A DNA stretch of 24,147 bases from Candidatus Rokuibacteriota bacterium (lineage in GTDB: Bacteria > Methylomirabilota > Methylomirabilia > Rokubacteriales > DASRDR01), in assembly GCA_044866005.1 (NCBI GenBank), contig JBIOTN010000128.1, positions 1-24,147 of the forward strand. Reading direction: 5' to 3'. Shown piece by piece: positions 8,379-17,472 of the stretch. The first letter of the stretch is position 1, and the number at the start of each line of letters is the position of its first letter. Under the pieces are notes generated by a model. The model did not search any database. It was not told the origin of the DNA and saw nothing but the letters and a program-made list of their open reading frames with translations. Both the position numbers and the translations under genes were made by a program.

Positions 8379-10097
8379 CTGGCGGCGGGGGCTCCCGCGC
8401 TCGAGGGCCGGCGCTCGGCCTGGCTCCTCCTGCCGGCCGCCTGGCTCGCGTGGCTCGGCTTTTTCCGGGCGTTCGGGTTCCAGGCGTTCAACTTCCGCGA
8501 GGACGGGTTCCTGCTCGCGCTGGCGGAGCGGATCGTCCGCGGAGAGGTGCCCTACCGCGACTTCTCCTACATCCGTCCGCCGCTGCCGATCGCGATCCAG
8601 GCGGCCCTGCTCGACTGGATCCCGGGCTACGGCATCGCGGGGGGCCGCTGGTACTTCGCGCTCCAGGCGGCGGTGATCCTGACCGTGGTCTTCCGGCTGC
8701 TCCGCCCCCTGGAGCCGAGCGTCGCCCCACGGGCTCTCTACGCCGTCCTCGCGGTCCTCTGCGCGTTCACCGGCGGCTTCCCCCCGATGCCCTGGCACAC
8801 GGTGGACGGGATCTTCTTCTCCGCCCTGGCGACCTGCGCGCTCGTCGCCGCCGTCGAGCGTCGCTCGCTCGGGTTCGCCGCCGCGGCCGGGCTCGCCGCC
8901 GGCGCGGCGGCGCTGTCGAAGCAGGGGTTCGCGGTCCTCCTCCTGGCCGGCCTCGGGCTCGCGCTCACACCCGCGGGTCGACGGATCGGCCCCCGGCCCT
9001 GGGCGGGCGCCCTCGCCTACGTCGCGGGCGGCGCAGTGATCGCCGCGGCGACGGCCGGGTATCTCGCCGCGCACGGGGCCCTGGGCGCGGCCGTGGACGC
9101 CGTCTTCCTCGCCCCACGCGAGATCACCCGGGAAGTGCTCCACCGCGGCGCCTGGGACCTGGCGGTCCGCATGCACCTGCCGAGCCTCGCGGGGGCCGCG
9201 GGCAGCCTCGTCGTCCTCGCCCTCGTCTGGCCCCGCATGCCGGACGCGGCGCGCTCGCCGCTCCTCGTGGGCGTCCTCGCGGCGCTCGCCGGCGTCTGGT
9301 GGGCGGGGCGCTCGCCGGGGCTGGTCTACCGCTTCTTCCTGGTCGAGCCCCTCTACGCCGCGGTGTGGCTCGGCGGGCTCGGGCTTCTCCTGGCGCAGGT
9401 CACGGGGCGGCGAGCGCTGGCGCCGTCCGTGGCCTGGGCGCTCGCGCTCTCCCTGTGTACACTGTACGGGACGACGGGCAGCTATCTGGGGATCGGGACC
9501 GCGCGGATCGGGCTGGTCCTGGCGCTGCCGCTCGTGCTGCTGGCGCTCGCCGGTGGCCGGCCGGCCGCGGACGTGGCGGGCCGGCGGGCGCCGCGCTTCG
9601 CCGCCGGCTGCCTCTTGCTCTATGCGGCGTGCCTCTCCGCGTTCATCTTCGTGGCGGTCCCGCACCTCGACGCGAGCCGGGACGAGCTGATCGTGCCGTT
9701 CGCCACGGAGCGGCTCTCCGGCATCCGATCGAGCGCGCTCAGGGTCCAGGGGGTCGACGGCGTCGTGGGCACCCTGCGCCGAGAGAGCGGGCCCGGGGAC
9801 TACGTCCTCGCGTTCATGGACTTCCCGGCGCTCTACTTCCTGGCGGAGCGCCGGAATCCCACCCGGGTCCAGTGGTTTCTCCCGCAAGAGGTGACGCGGG
9901 CCGAGGTGGCGCGCGCCGTGGCCGATCTCACCGCCCGCCCGCCGCGCCTGGTCGTGCTGAGCGCGCTCAACTGGATCGAGCTCGGACACCCGCGGCTCCG
10001 TCCGATCCTCGGTCACCTCGTCGCCCACTACGACGAAGGGGAGCTGATCGGCGAGTTCCGGATCATGCGGCCGCGCCGACCGCCGGCCGCCGGCTGA
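8379..10097 (+). CDS. Polytopic membrane protein, GT-C (ArnT/PMT-like) glycosyltransferase-like; start uncertain
   Basis: Many TM segments, a first-loop EDG..RIVRGEVPYRDF..PP motif, SKQ, and a C-terminal soluble domain with LYFLAERRNPTR. The coding signal extends upstream of the first GTG (8547), so CTG 8379 is proposed. Confidence 0.7.
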   Translation: MAAGAPALEGRRSAWLLLPAAWLAWLGFFRAFGFQAFNFREDGFLLALAERIVRGEVPYRDFSYIRPPLPIAIQAALLDWIPGYGIAGGRWYFALQAAVILTVVFRLLRPLEPSVAPRALYAVLAVLCAFTGGFPPMPWHTVDGIFFSALATCALVAAVERRSLGFAAAAGLAAGAAALSKQGFAVLLLAGLGLALTPAGRRIGPRPWAGALAYVAGGAVIAAATAGYLAAHGALGAAVDAVFLAPREITREVLHRGAWDLAVRMHLPSLAGAAGSLVVLALVWPRMPDAARSPLLVGVLAALAGVWWAGRSPGLVYRFFLVEPLYAAVWLGGLGLLLAQVTGRRALAPSVAWALALSLCTLYGTTGSYLGIGTARIGLVLALPLVLLALAGGRPAADVAGRRAPRFAAGCLLLYAACLSAFIFVAVPHLDASRDELIVPFATERLSGIRSSALRVQGVDGVVGTLRRESGPGDYVLAFMDFPALYFLAERRNPTRVQWFLPQEVTRAEVARAVADLTARPPRLVVLSALNWIELGHPRLRPILGHLVAHYDEGELIGEFRIMRPRRPPAAG

Positions 10098-10124
10098 GTC
10101 CCGGGAAGACGAGAGAGGTGTGTG

Positions 10125-11606
10125 ATGACGACGACGTACCGTAACTACATCGGCGGTGAATGGGTGCCGGCGGCCTCCGGCCGGACCTTCGAGGATCGCA
10201 ACCCGGCCAATCGCGAGGAGCTGCTCGGAACCTTCCCGCGCTCCGACGCGACCGACGTGGACCGGGCCGTGAGCGCGGCGCGGGAGACGTTCCGGCGCTG
10301 GCGGCTCGTGCCGGCGCCCCGTCGCGCGGAGATCGTCTTCCGCGCCGGGGAGATGCTCCTGCGCCGGAAGGAAGAGCTGGCGCGCCTCATGACGCGCGAG
10401 ATGGGGAAGGTGATCGCGGAGGCCCGCGGCGACGTCCAGGAAGGGATCGACACGGCGTACTACATGGCGGGCGAGGGCCGCCGGCTGTTCGGTCACCACG
10501 TCCCGTGCGAGCTTCCCGCGAAGTTCGGCGTGGCGATGCGCGTCCCGGTGGGCGTGGTGGCCGCCGTCACGCCCTGGAACTTCCCGCTCGCCATCCCCAC
10601 CTGGAAGCTCCTCCCGGCGCTGGTTTGCGGAAACACCGTCGTGTTCAAGCCTGCCGAGGACACACCGCTCATGGCCCACGCGTTCCTCGAGATCCTGATC
10701 GAGGCCGGACTCCCGAAGGGCGTGGTGAACCTGGTCCACGGCCTGGGGGAGGAGGCCGGCGCGGCGCTGGTCCGGCATCCGGGCGTGAACCTCGTCTCGT
10801 TCACCGGCTCGACCGAGGTCGGCCGCGACGTCGCCCGGGTCGCCGCCGAGACGTACAAGAAGGTCTCGCTCGAGATGGGCGGCAAGAATGCGATCATCGT
10901 GATGGACGACGCGGCGCTGGAGCTGGCGATCGACGGCGCCGTGTGGGGCGGCTTCGGCACTTCCGGGCAGCGCTGCACGGCGGCGAGCCGCGTGATCGTC
11001 CACGACAAGGTCCATGGGGCCTTCGCGCGGGAGTTCGCCGAGCGCGCCCGGCGCCTCCGGCTCGGCCCCGGGCTGGACGAGAAGACGGACGTGGGGCCCG
11101 TCGTCAACGAGGCGCAGCTCGCGCGCGTCCACGAGTACACCAACGTGGGCCGCGGCGAGGGCGCCAAGGTGCTCGTAGGCGGCGAGATCGCGACCGAGGG
11201 CGACCTTCGCAAGGGCTTCTTCTACAAGCCGACCATCTTCGACGACGTGGATCCCGAGATGCGGATCGCGCGCGAAGAGATCTTCGGGCCGACCGTGGCA
11301 CTGCTCCGCGCGCGAAGTCTGGAGGAGGCCATCGAGATCTGCAACAACACGAACTACGGGCTCTCGTCCGCGATCTACACCCGCGACGTCAACCGGGCGT
11401 TCCAGGCGATGCAGGACATCGCCACGGGGATCACCTACGTGAATGCGTCGACCATCGGCGCGGAGATCCAGTTCCCGTTCGGCGGCGTCCGGCAGACGGG
11501 AAACGGCCACCGGGAGGGCGGCTGGACGGTGCTCGACATCATGACGGAGTGGAAGACGCTGTACGTGGACTACTCCGGGAAGCTCCAGAAGGCGCAAATG
11601 GACTGA
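10125..11606 (+). CDS. NAD(P)-dependent aldehyde dehydrogenase
   Basis: PWNFP, FTGSTEVG, LEMGGKN, catalytic Cys in SGQRCTA, EEIFGP, PFGG. GAGGTG RBS. Confidence 0.95.
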   Translation: MTTTYRNYIGGEWVPAASGRTFEDRNPANREELLGTFPRSDATDVDRAVSAARETFRRWRLVPAPRRAEIVFRAGEMLLRRKEELARLMTREMGKVIAEARGDVQEGIDTAYYMAGEGRRLFGHHVPCELPAKFGVAMRVPVGVVAAVTPWNFPLAIPTWKLLPALVCGNTVVFKPAEDTPLMAHAFLEILIEAGLPKGVVNLVHGLGEEAGAALVRHPGVNLVSFTGSTEVGRDVARVAAETYKKVSLEMGGKNAIIVMDDAALELAIDGAVWGGFGTSGQRCTAASRVIVHDKVHGAFAREFAERARRLRLGPGLDEKTDVGPVVNEAQLARVHEYTNVGRGEGAKVLVGGEIATEGDLRKGFFYKPTIFDDVDPEMRIAREEIFGPTVALLRARSLEEAIEICNNTNYGLSSAIYTRDVNRAFQAMQDIATGITYVNASTIGAEIQFPFGGVRQTGNGHREGGWTVLDIMTEWKTLYVDYSGKLQKAQMD

Positions 11607-11978
11607 CCGTGCCGATCCGCGTCGCATCTCGGCGTTCTGCATCACGGCCGGGACGCGCTCGGCCTACGGCCGCGCGGCCGTCCCGCCCTCTGGCGTCACG
11701 GCCGGGACGCGCTCGGCCTGCGGCCGCGCGACCGTCCCGGCCTCCGGGGGCCTGGGCGCGCCTCCGCATCCGAACTTGGCCTGGGGGGAGGCAGGCCCGA
11801 TCCGTTCGCCGCCACGGCCGGGACGGAGTCCCGGCCGCAAATCAATCAGAGCGGCCGCGGCCCATGCCGCGAGGGCCGTCGGAGGGGGGCAACGCCCCCG
11901 TCCGAGAGAACGTAGGCGGCGTACGCCTCGGCGCGCCTCGGGCCTGCGTCCGTGATCTGCTCGCGTCTCGGCCCGGCC
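11605..11978. mobile_element. Nested composite palindromic repeat: 123-bp-type scaffold carrying two tandem 54-bp units and the inverted 109-bp module
   Basis: Ends GACCGTGCCGA...TCGGCCCGGCC, homologous to 20285-20407. Tandem units at 11642-11695 and 11696-11749. The 109-bp module lies at 11783-11891. Confidence 0.75.
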
Positions 11979-12013
11979 GGGCGACGGTCGTCACGCTGGT
12001 CCTCGCTGAGCTG

Positions 12014-12391
12014 ATGGTCGCCTTGGCTCTGGTCGCGGGCGCGGCGGAGGACACACGCGAGGCCGACCTGCCGGTGATCGTCACCGTCACGGCGCCGAAG
12101 CGGCTGCCCGTGGGGGTGCAGGGGGAGATCCGGCTCTGGTACCGCGCGCGTCAGGCCAACGTGGTGGCGGTCATCCGCGCCATCGAGGACCTGGACGGGC
12201 CGGTGATGCCGCGCTCGACCAGCGAGCGAGAGTTCGGCGTCGTCGCGCGCGCGTTCGGGCGCGAAGCAGGGGACCTCGCCGTGCCGGTGGCCTTCGCCAG
12301 GCCGGGTCTCAAGCGCGTGACGCTGACGCTCGTCACCGACGAGCGCGTGTTGAGCGACCCGGCCGTCGTCGAGGTCGAGGCCCTGCCTTAG
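12014..12391 (+). CDS. Hypothetical exported small beta-rich protein; start uncertain
   Basis: The 3' part of ORF 10160-12391 reads like a real protein (VIVTVTAP..GEIRLWYR..VTLTLVTD..VEVEALP) with a hydrophobic N-terminus. No family recognised. Confidence 0.5.
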   Translation: MVALALVAGAAEDTREADLPVIVTVTAPKRLPVGVQGEIRLWYRARQANVVAVIRAIEDLDGPVMPRSTSEREFGVVARAFGREAGDLAVPVAFARPGLKRVTLTLVTDERVLSDPAVVEVEALP

Positions 12392-12451
12392 TCTCAGTCG
12401 ACCGCGGTCGAGAGTCACATGGCCGATGGCGTCGGACGCGTCCCGACGCGG

Positions 12452-12481
12452 TTGAAAAACCCGCGGGCGCGACCGCATAAT
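12452..12481 (+). promoter_or_regulatory. Sigma70-type promoter for the gcv operon
   Basis: TTGAAA (12452-57), 18-nt spacer, CATAAT (12476-81), about 30 nt before the gcvH ATG. Confidence 0.6.
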
Positions 12482-12510
12482 AGCGCGGACCGTAACGGCG
12501 AGGAGGCGGC

Positions 12511-12906
12511 ATGGCGGCGTATCCGACGGATCTGCGGTACACGCGCGAGCACGAGTGGGCGCGCGTGGAGGGGCGGCGGGCCCGGGTGGGGATCACGCAG
12601 TACGCGCAGGATCAGCTGGGCGACGTGGTGTTCGTCGAGCTGCCCAAGGCGGGGACGCGGGTGCGGCAGCTCCAGGCCTTCGGGGTGGTCGAGTCGGTGA
12701 AGGCGGTCTCGGAGCTCTACGCGCCGCTGTCCGGAGAGGTGGTGGAGGTCAACGGCGAGCTCCAGGAGCACCCGGATCAGGTGAACCGGGATCCCTACGG
12801 GGCCGGCTGGATGATCGTGATCGCCCTGGCGGACCCCAAGGAGGTGGAGGCGCTCCTGAGCGCGGCGGATTACGAGGCCTATCTCAAGACGGCCGGGGAA
12901 CACTGA
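12511..12906 (+). CDS. gcvH: Glycine cleavage system H protein
   Basis: YTREHEW, GITQYAQDQLGDVVFVELP, lipoyl-Lys motif VESVKAVSE, VNRDPYGAGW. GAGGAGG RBS. Confidence 0.97.
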   Translation: MAAYPTDLRYTREHEWARVEGRRARVGITQYAQDQLGDVVFVELPKAGTRVRQLQAFGVVESVKAVSELYAPLSGEVVEVNGELQEHPDQVNRDPYGAGWMIVIALADPKEVEALLSAADYEAYLKTAGEH

Positions 12907-14267
12907 TGCAGCACGGCCCGACGATGCGCTACCTCCCGACGACGTCCGCCCAGCGGGCCGAGATGCTGCGGGCCATCGGCGTCCCCGACCTCGAGGCGCT
13001 GATCGAGCGCATCCCGTCGAAGGCCCGGCTCGGCCGCGAGCTCGGTATCCCGCCCGCCCTGGCCGAGGCCGAGCTCACCGCCCACCTCCGCGCGCTCGCC
13101 GCCGCCGATGCCCACGCCGGGGAGTACGCCTCCTTCATGGGCGGCGGCGCCTACGACCACTACGTCCCGAGCGTGATCAACCACCTCCTCCTGCGCTCGG
13201 AGTTCTTCACGGCGTACACCCCGTATCAGCCCGAGGCCAGCCAGGGCACACTCCGCTCGATCTACGAGTACCAGACGATGATCTGCGCCCTCACCGGGAT
13301 GGACGTCACCAACGCCTCCGTCTACGACGGCGGCTCGGCGCTGGCCGAGGCGGCGCTCATGGCCCACGGCGTCACCGACCGGGACCAGATCGTCGTCTCC
13401 GCGGCCGTCTCGCCGCTCGCCCGGCGCGTGGTGGCGACCTACTGCGCCGGCCCGCGGCTGCCGGTCAAGACCGTGCCGTGGGCGGACGGGGTGACCGACG
13501 TGGACGCCCTCCGGAAGGTCGTCACCGACAAGACGGCCGGCGTGCTCGTCCAGTACCCGAACTTCTTCGGCTGTCTGGAGGACCTCGACGCGCTGGCCGC
13601 GGTCGCCCACGAGCGGGGCGCGCTCTTCGTGGTCTCCGTGGACCCCATCGCGCTCGCCCTCCTTCGTCCGCCCGGCGAGGCGGGGGCCGACATCGTGGTC
13701 GGCGAAGGGCAAGGGCTGGGCAACCCCGTCATGGGCGGCGGCCCCTACCTCGGCCTCTTCGCCTGCCGGAAGGAGCTCGTCCGACGGATGCCCGGCCGGC
13801 TCGTCGGCGCGACGGTGGACCAGCACGGCCGGCGGGGCTTCGTCCTCACGCTCCAGACGCGCGAGCAGCACATCCGGCGGGACAAGGCGACGTCCAACAT
13901 CTGCACCAACGTCGCACTCGTCGCGCTCGGCGCCACCATCTACCTGGCCCTCATGGGCAAGGAGGGCCTCCGCAAGGTCGCCACGCTCTCCACCGCGAAG
14001 GCCCACTACGCCGCCGAAGTCCTGGCCCGGGTCCCGGGCGTGAGCCGGGCCTTCCCGGCCCCGTTCTTCAAGGAGTTCGTGCTGCGGCTGCCGAAGTCGC
14101 CGGACCGCGTGCTCCACGCGCTCCGGAAGCGGAAGATCCTGGGCGGCGTCGCGTTGAAGCCGTTCGAACGGACGCTCAAGGACGGCCTGCTCGTCGCCGT
14201 GACGGAGACGCGGACCCGCGCCGAGATCGACCAGTACGCCGAGGCGCTCGCCGCGGTGGTTGGATAA
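12906..14267 (+). CDS. gcvPA: Glycine dehydrogenase (decarboxylating) subunit 1
   Basis: FMGGGAYDHYVP, EFFTAYTPYQPEASQG, LQTREQHIRRDKATSNICTN. TGATG overlap with gcvH; alternative start 12924 (MRYLP). Confidence 0.96.
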   Translation: MQHGPTMRYLPTTSAQRAEMLRAIGVPDLEALIERIPSKARLGRELGIPPALAEAELTAHLRALAAADAHAGEYASFMGGGAYDHYVPSVINHLLLRSEFFTAYTPYQPEASQGTLRSIYEYQTMICALTGMDVTNASVYDGGSALAEAALMAHGVTDRDQIVVSAAVSPLARRVVATYCAGPRLPVKTVPWADGVTDVDALRKVVTDKTAGVLVQYPNFFGCLEDLDALAAVAHERGALFVVSVDPIALALLRPPGEAGADIVVGEGQGLGNPVMGGGPYLGLFACRKELVRRMPGRLVGATVDQHGRRGFVLTLQTREQHIRRDKATSNICTNVALVALGATIYLALMGKEGLRKVATLSTAKAHYAAEVLARVPGVSRAFPAPFFKEFVLRLPKSPDRVLHALRKRKILGGVALKPFERTLKDGLLVAVTETRTRAEIDQYAEALAAVVG

Positions 14268-15102
14268 GCCGGTGTCCGCGGGCGTCACGGCCGGAGCGGG
14301 GCGGGAGGGGAGCGTCCCGTCCGTCGACGGCGTCCCGATCCGGTACGCGGTGACCGGAGACGGGGAGCCGGCGCTCGTCTTCGTCCACTGCTGGATGGGC
14401 CACCGCGGCTTCTGGGATGCGCAGGTCTCGCGCTTCGCGCCCCGGCATCGCGTCGTCACCCTCGACCTCGCCGGCCACGGCGACTCCGGTTGCGACCGGC
14501 GCGCCTGGACCATCGCCGCCTTCGGCGGGGACGTGCGGGCGGTGGTCGAGGCCCTGGGGTTGGGGCGGGTCGTCCTGATCGGACACTCCATGGGCGGGCC
14601 CGTCATCCTGGAAGCGGCACGGCAGCTGCCGGCCTCGGTCGTCGGTCTGATCCCGGTGGAGACGCTGCGGAACGTCGAGCAGCGATGGCCGCCGGCGGAG
14701 ATCGAGGCGGGGCTGGCGGGCTTCCGGACCGACTACGCGGGCAACGTCTCGCGCTTCATGCGACAGCGGCTCTTCACGCCGTCGGCCGACCCCGCCCTCG
14801 TCGAGCGCCTCGTGGCTCGCGCGCTCGCGGCGCCGCCCGAGATCGCGGTCGCCGCGATCGAGAGCACGTGGCGCTACGACGCCGCGGCCGCGTTCCGGGA
14901 GCTCTCCGTCCCCATCCACGCCATCAACACGGATCTCGCGCCGACGGACGTCGTCGCCAACCGGCGGCACGCGCGGCAGTTCGAGGCGACCATCATGACG
15001 GGTCTCGGCCACTATCCCATGCTGGAGGCGCCGCAGCGCTTCAACGCGGAGCTCGCCGACGCCGTCGCGCGCGTCGTGGCGGCGAGCCGAGCGGCGGCGT
15101 GA
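14260..15102 (+). CDS. Alpha/beta-fold hydrolase
   Basis: DLAGHGDS, nucleophile elbow GHSMGG, C-terminal His [14 protein letters not shown]. The TTG start overlaps the gcvPA end and is uncertain. Confidence 0.88.
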   Translation: MDKPVSAGVTAGAGREGSVPSVDGVPIRYAVTGDGEPALVFVHCWMGHRGFWDAQVSRFAPRHRVVTLDLAGHGDSGCDRRAWTIAAFGGDVRAVVEALGLGRVVLIGHSMGGPVILEAARQLPASVVGLIPVETLRNVEQRWPPAEIEAGLAGFRTDYAGNVSRFMRQRLFTPSADPALVERLVARALAAPPEIAVAAIESTWRYDAAAAFRELSVPIHAINTDLAPTDVVANRRHARQFEATIMTGLGHYPMLEAPQRFNAELADAVARVVAASRAAA

Positions 15103-15109
15103 CGGTGCC

Positions 15110-16627
15110 ATGAACGGCTACGACAAGCTGATCTTCGAGCTCTCCGTCCCGGGGCGCGTGGGCTACTCGCTGCCGGATCCCGACGTCCCCGAGAGCGATC
15201 CGGGCCGGCTCCTGCCCAAGGCCCACCTGCGGGCGCGGCCGGCCGAGCTGCCCGAGGTGAGCGAGTTCGACGCGGTCCGGCACTACACGCGCCTGTCCCG
15301 GATGAACTACGGGGTCGACACCCACTTCTACCCCCTCGGCTCGTGCACGATGAAGTACAACCCCAAGGTCAACGAGGACATGGCGCGGCTGCCCGGATTC
15401 GCGCGGCTCCACCCGTTGACGCCGGACGAGGCGATGACGGGCGCGCTCGCGCTGATGGGGCGCCTCGGCGAGATGCTGAGCGAGGTGGTCGGCATGGACG
15501 CGGTCTCGCTCCAGCCGGCGGCGGGGGCCCAGGGTGAGCTGGCGGGCGTGCTGATGATCCGCGCCTACCACCTCGACCGCGAGCGCCGGCCGCGCAAGAA
15601 GGTCCTCGTGCCGGACTCGGCCCACGGGACGAACCCGGCATCCACCACGATCGCCGGGTACCAGACGATCCAGCTCAAGTCCGACGCCCAGGGCGAGGTG
15701 GATCTCCTCGACCTCGAGCGGAACCTCGACGAGGACGTCGCCGCGTTCATGATCACCGTCCCGAACACGCTCGGCCTCTTCGAGTCGAAGATCCTCGAGA
15801 TCACCGAGATGTGCCACGCCAAGGGCGCCCAGGTCTACATGGACGGGGCCAACCTCAACGCGCTGCTCGGCCTCACGCGGCCGGGCGATCTCGGCTTCGA
15901 CGTCGTGCACATGAACCTCCACAAGACGTTCACCACGCCGCACGGGGGCGGGGGCCCGGGCGCGGGCCCGGTCGGGGTGAAGGCCCACCTGACGCCCTTC
16001 CTCCCGGTCCCCGTCGTCCTCCGCGACGGCGACGCCTGGCGGCTGGACTGGAAGCGCCCGAAGTCGATCGGGAAGCTCCAGGCCTTCTGGGGCAACTTCG
16101 GGATGCTCGTGCGGGCCTACACCTACATTCGGACCATGGGCGCGGACGGCCTCCGCGCGGTGGCGGAGAACGCGATCCTGAACGCGAACTACATCAAGGC
16201 GCGGCTCCGGCCGCACTACGACCTGCCGTACCCCGGCCCCTCCATGCACGAGGTGGTGTTCTCGGCGCGGCGGCAGAAGCGGCAGGGGGTTACGGCGACG
16301 GACATCGCCAAGCGGCTGCTGGACCTCGGCTTCTACGCCCCCTCGATCTACTTTCCGCTGATCATCGAGGAGGCGCTGATGATCGAGCCCACGGAGACGG
16401 AGTCGAAGGAGACGCTCGACGAGTTCTGCGCCGCGATGATCGAGATCGCGCGCCAGGCGGAGCGGGAGCCGGAGCGGGTCCGGGAGGCGCCGGTGACCAC
16501 GCCGGTGGGGCGGCTCGACCAGACGCGGGCCGCGCGCCAGCCTGATCTTCGCTGGACGCCGTCGGGATCCGCCGGCGCCCCGCCGGGCGCGGCGGCGCCG
16601 GTGCCGCCGGAGGTCGCGCGACCATAG
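15110..16627 (+). CDS. gcvPB: Glycine dehydrogenase (decarboxylating) subunit 2
   Basis: [35 protein letters not shown]-Lys motif [26 protein letters not shown]. Confidence 0.97.
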   Translation: MNGYDKLIFELSVPGRVGYSLPDPDVPESDPGRLLPKAHLRARPAELPEVSEFDAVRHYTRLSRMNYGVDTHFYPLGSCTMKYNPKVNEDMARLPGFARLHPLTPDEAMTGALALMGRLGEMLSEVVGMDAVSLQPAAGAQGELAGVLMIRAYHLDRERRPRKKVLVPDSAHGTNPASTTIAGYQTIQLKSDAQGEVDLLDLERNLDEDVAAFMITVPNTLGLFESKILEITEMCHAKGAQVYMDGANLNALLGLTRPGDLGFDVVHMNLHKTFTTPHGGGGPGAGPVGVKAHLTPFLPVPVVLRDGDAWRLDWKRPKSIGKLQAFWGNFGMLVRAYTYIRTMGADGLRAVAENAILNANYIKARLRPHYDLPYPGPSMHEVVFSARRQKRQGVTATDIAKRLLDLGFYAPSIYFPLIIEEALMIEPTETESKETLDEFCAAMIEIARQAEREPERVREAPVTTPVGRLDQTRAARQPDLRWTPSGSAGAPPGAAAPVPPEVARP

Positions 16628-16644
16628 CCGGGGGCACGGAGCCG

Positions 16645-17472
16645 ATGGGCGCGCCCTGGCGCCTCGCCGTGACGGAGCCGCTCGACGGCGCCAGGAACAT
16701 GGCCATCGACGAGGCGCTCCTCCGCGCCCGGATCGCCGGCGAGGCGGGGCCGACGATCCGGTTCTTCGCCTGGCGGCCGCCGACGGTCTCGCTCGGCTAC
16801 GGCCAGCCCCTGGACGAGCGGATCGACCTCGAGGCCTGCGCGCGGCTCGCGATCGGGCTGGTGCGCCGGCCGACCGGCGGGAGCGCGATCCTCCACGAGA
16901 CCGCCGACGCCGAGGTGACCTACAGCGTCGTGGCGCGGGCCGACGACTTCCCGGGCGCCGACGACGTCCTCGAGACGTACCGGACCGTGAGCGATGGGCT
17001 CGTCGGCGGGCTGGCGCGGCTCGGGATCAGCGCGGTCGTCGTCCCGGTCACGCGCCCCCGGCGAGGCGGACACGCGCCCGCGTTCTGCTTCGCCCGGACC
17101 GGGTCCTACGAGATCGCGGTGGCGGGCCGGAAGCTCGTGGGAAGCGCCCAGCGGCGCCAGAGGGGCGCGTTCCTCCAGCACGGGTCGGTCCTGCTCGACG
17201 CCGACCCCGCGCGGCTCCGCGCCGTCTTCCCCGGCGAGCGCGCGCCGCTGGCGACGGTCACGACGGTCGCGACCGTGCTCGGCCGGCGCGTCGGCTTCGA
17301 GGAGACGGTGGCCGCCCTCGCGGCCGGTCTCGCCGACCGGCTCGGCGTGCGGCTCGTGCCGGGCGGGCTCACCCCCGCCGAGGTCGAGGCCGTCGAGCGC
17401 CTCGTCGCGGAGAAGTACGCGACGGAGGCGTGGACCCGCCGCGGCCGGCTGCCAGAGCCCCGGATTGCGTGA
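16645..17472 (+). CDS. Lipoate-protein ligase family, LipM-like octanoyltransferase
   Basis: NMAIDEALL, SLGYGQ, VRRPTGGSAILH, CF, KLVGSAQRR, LQHGSVL. No LplA C-terminal domain. Confidence 0.88.
   Translation: MGAPWRLAVTEPLDGARNMAIDEALLRARIAGEAGPTIRFFAWRPPTVSLGYGQPLDERIDLEACARLAIGLVRRPTGGSAILHETADAEVTYSVVARADDFPGADDVLETYRTVSDGLVGGLARLGISAVVVPVTRPRRGGHAPAFCFARTGSYEIAVAGRKLVGSAQRRQRGAFLQHGSVLLDADPARLRAVFPGERAPLATVTTVATVLGRRVGFEETVAALAAGLADRLGVRLVPGGLTPAEVEAVERLVAEKYATEAWTRRGRLPEPRIA

Noticed and set aside
8265..11645. 1126-aa minus-strand ORF and other long antisense or off-frame ORFs (e.g. 1539-2750, 4670-6508, 12879-14606, 17728-19500, 21403-22836)
   Set aside because: These are shadow frames of well-supported genes in high-GC DNA. 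They are Arg/Gly/Pro-rich and show no family motifs.
11642..11749. Tandem 54-bp units as a CRISPR array
   Set aside because: Only two adjacent units, no unique spacers and no cas genes.
12392..12510. Glycine riboswitch before gcvH
   Set aside because: The predicted 5' UTR is only about 25 nt and no aptamer motifs are recognisable.
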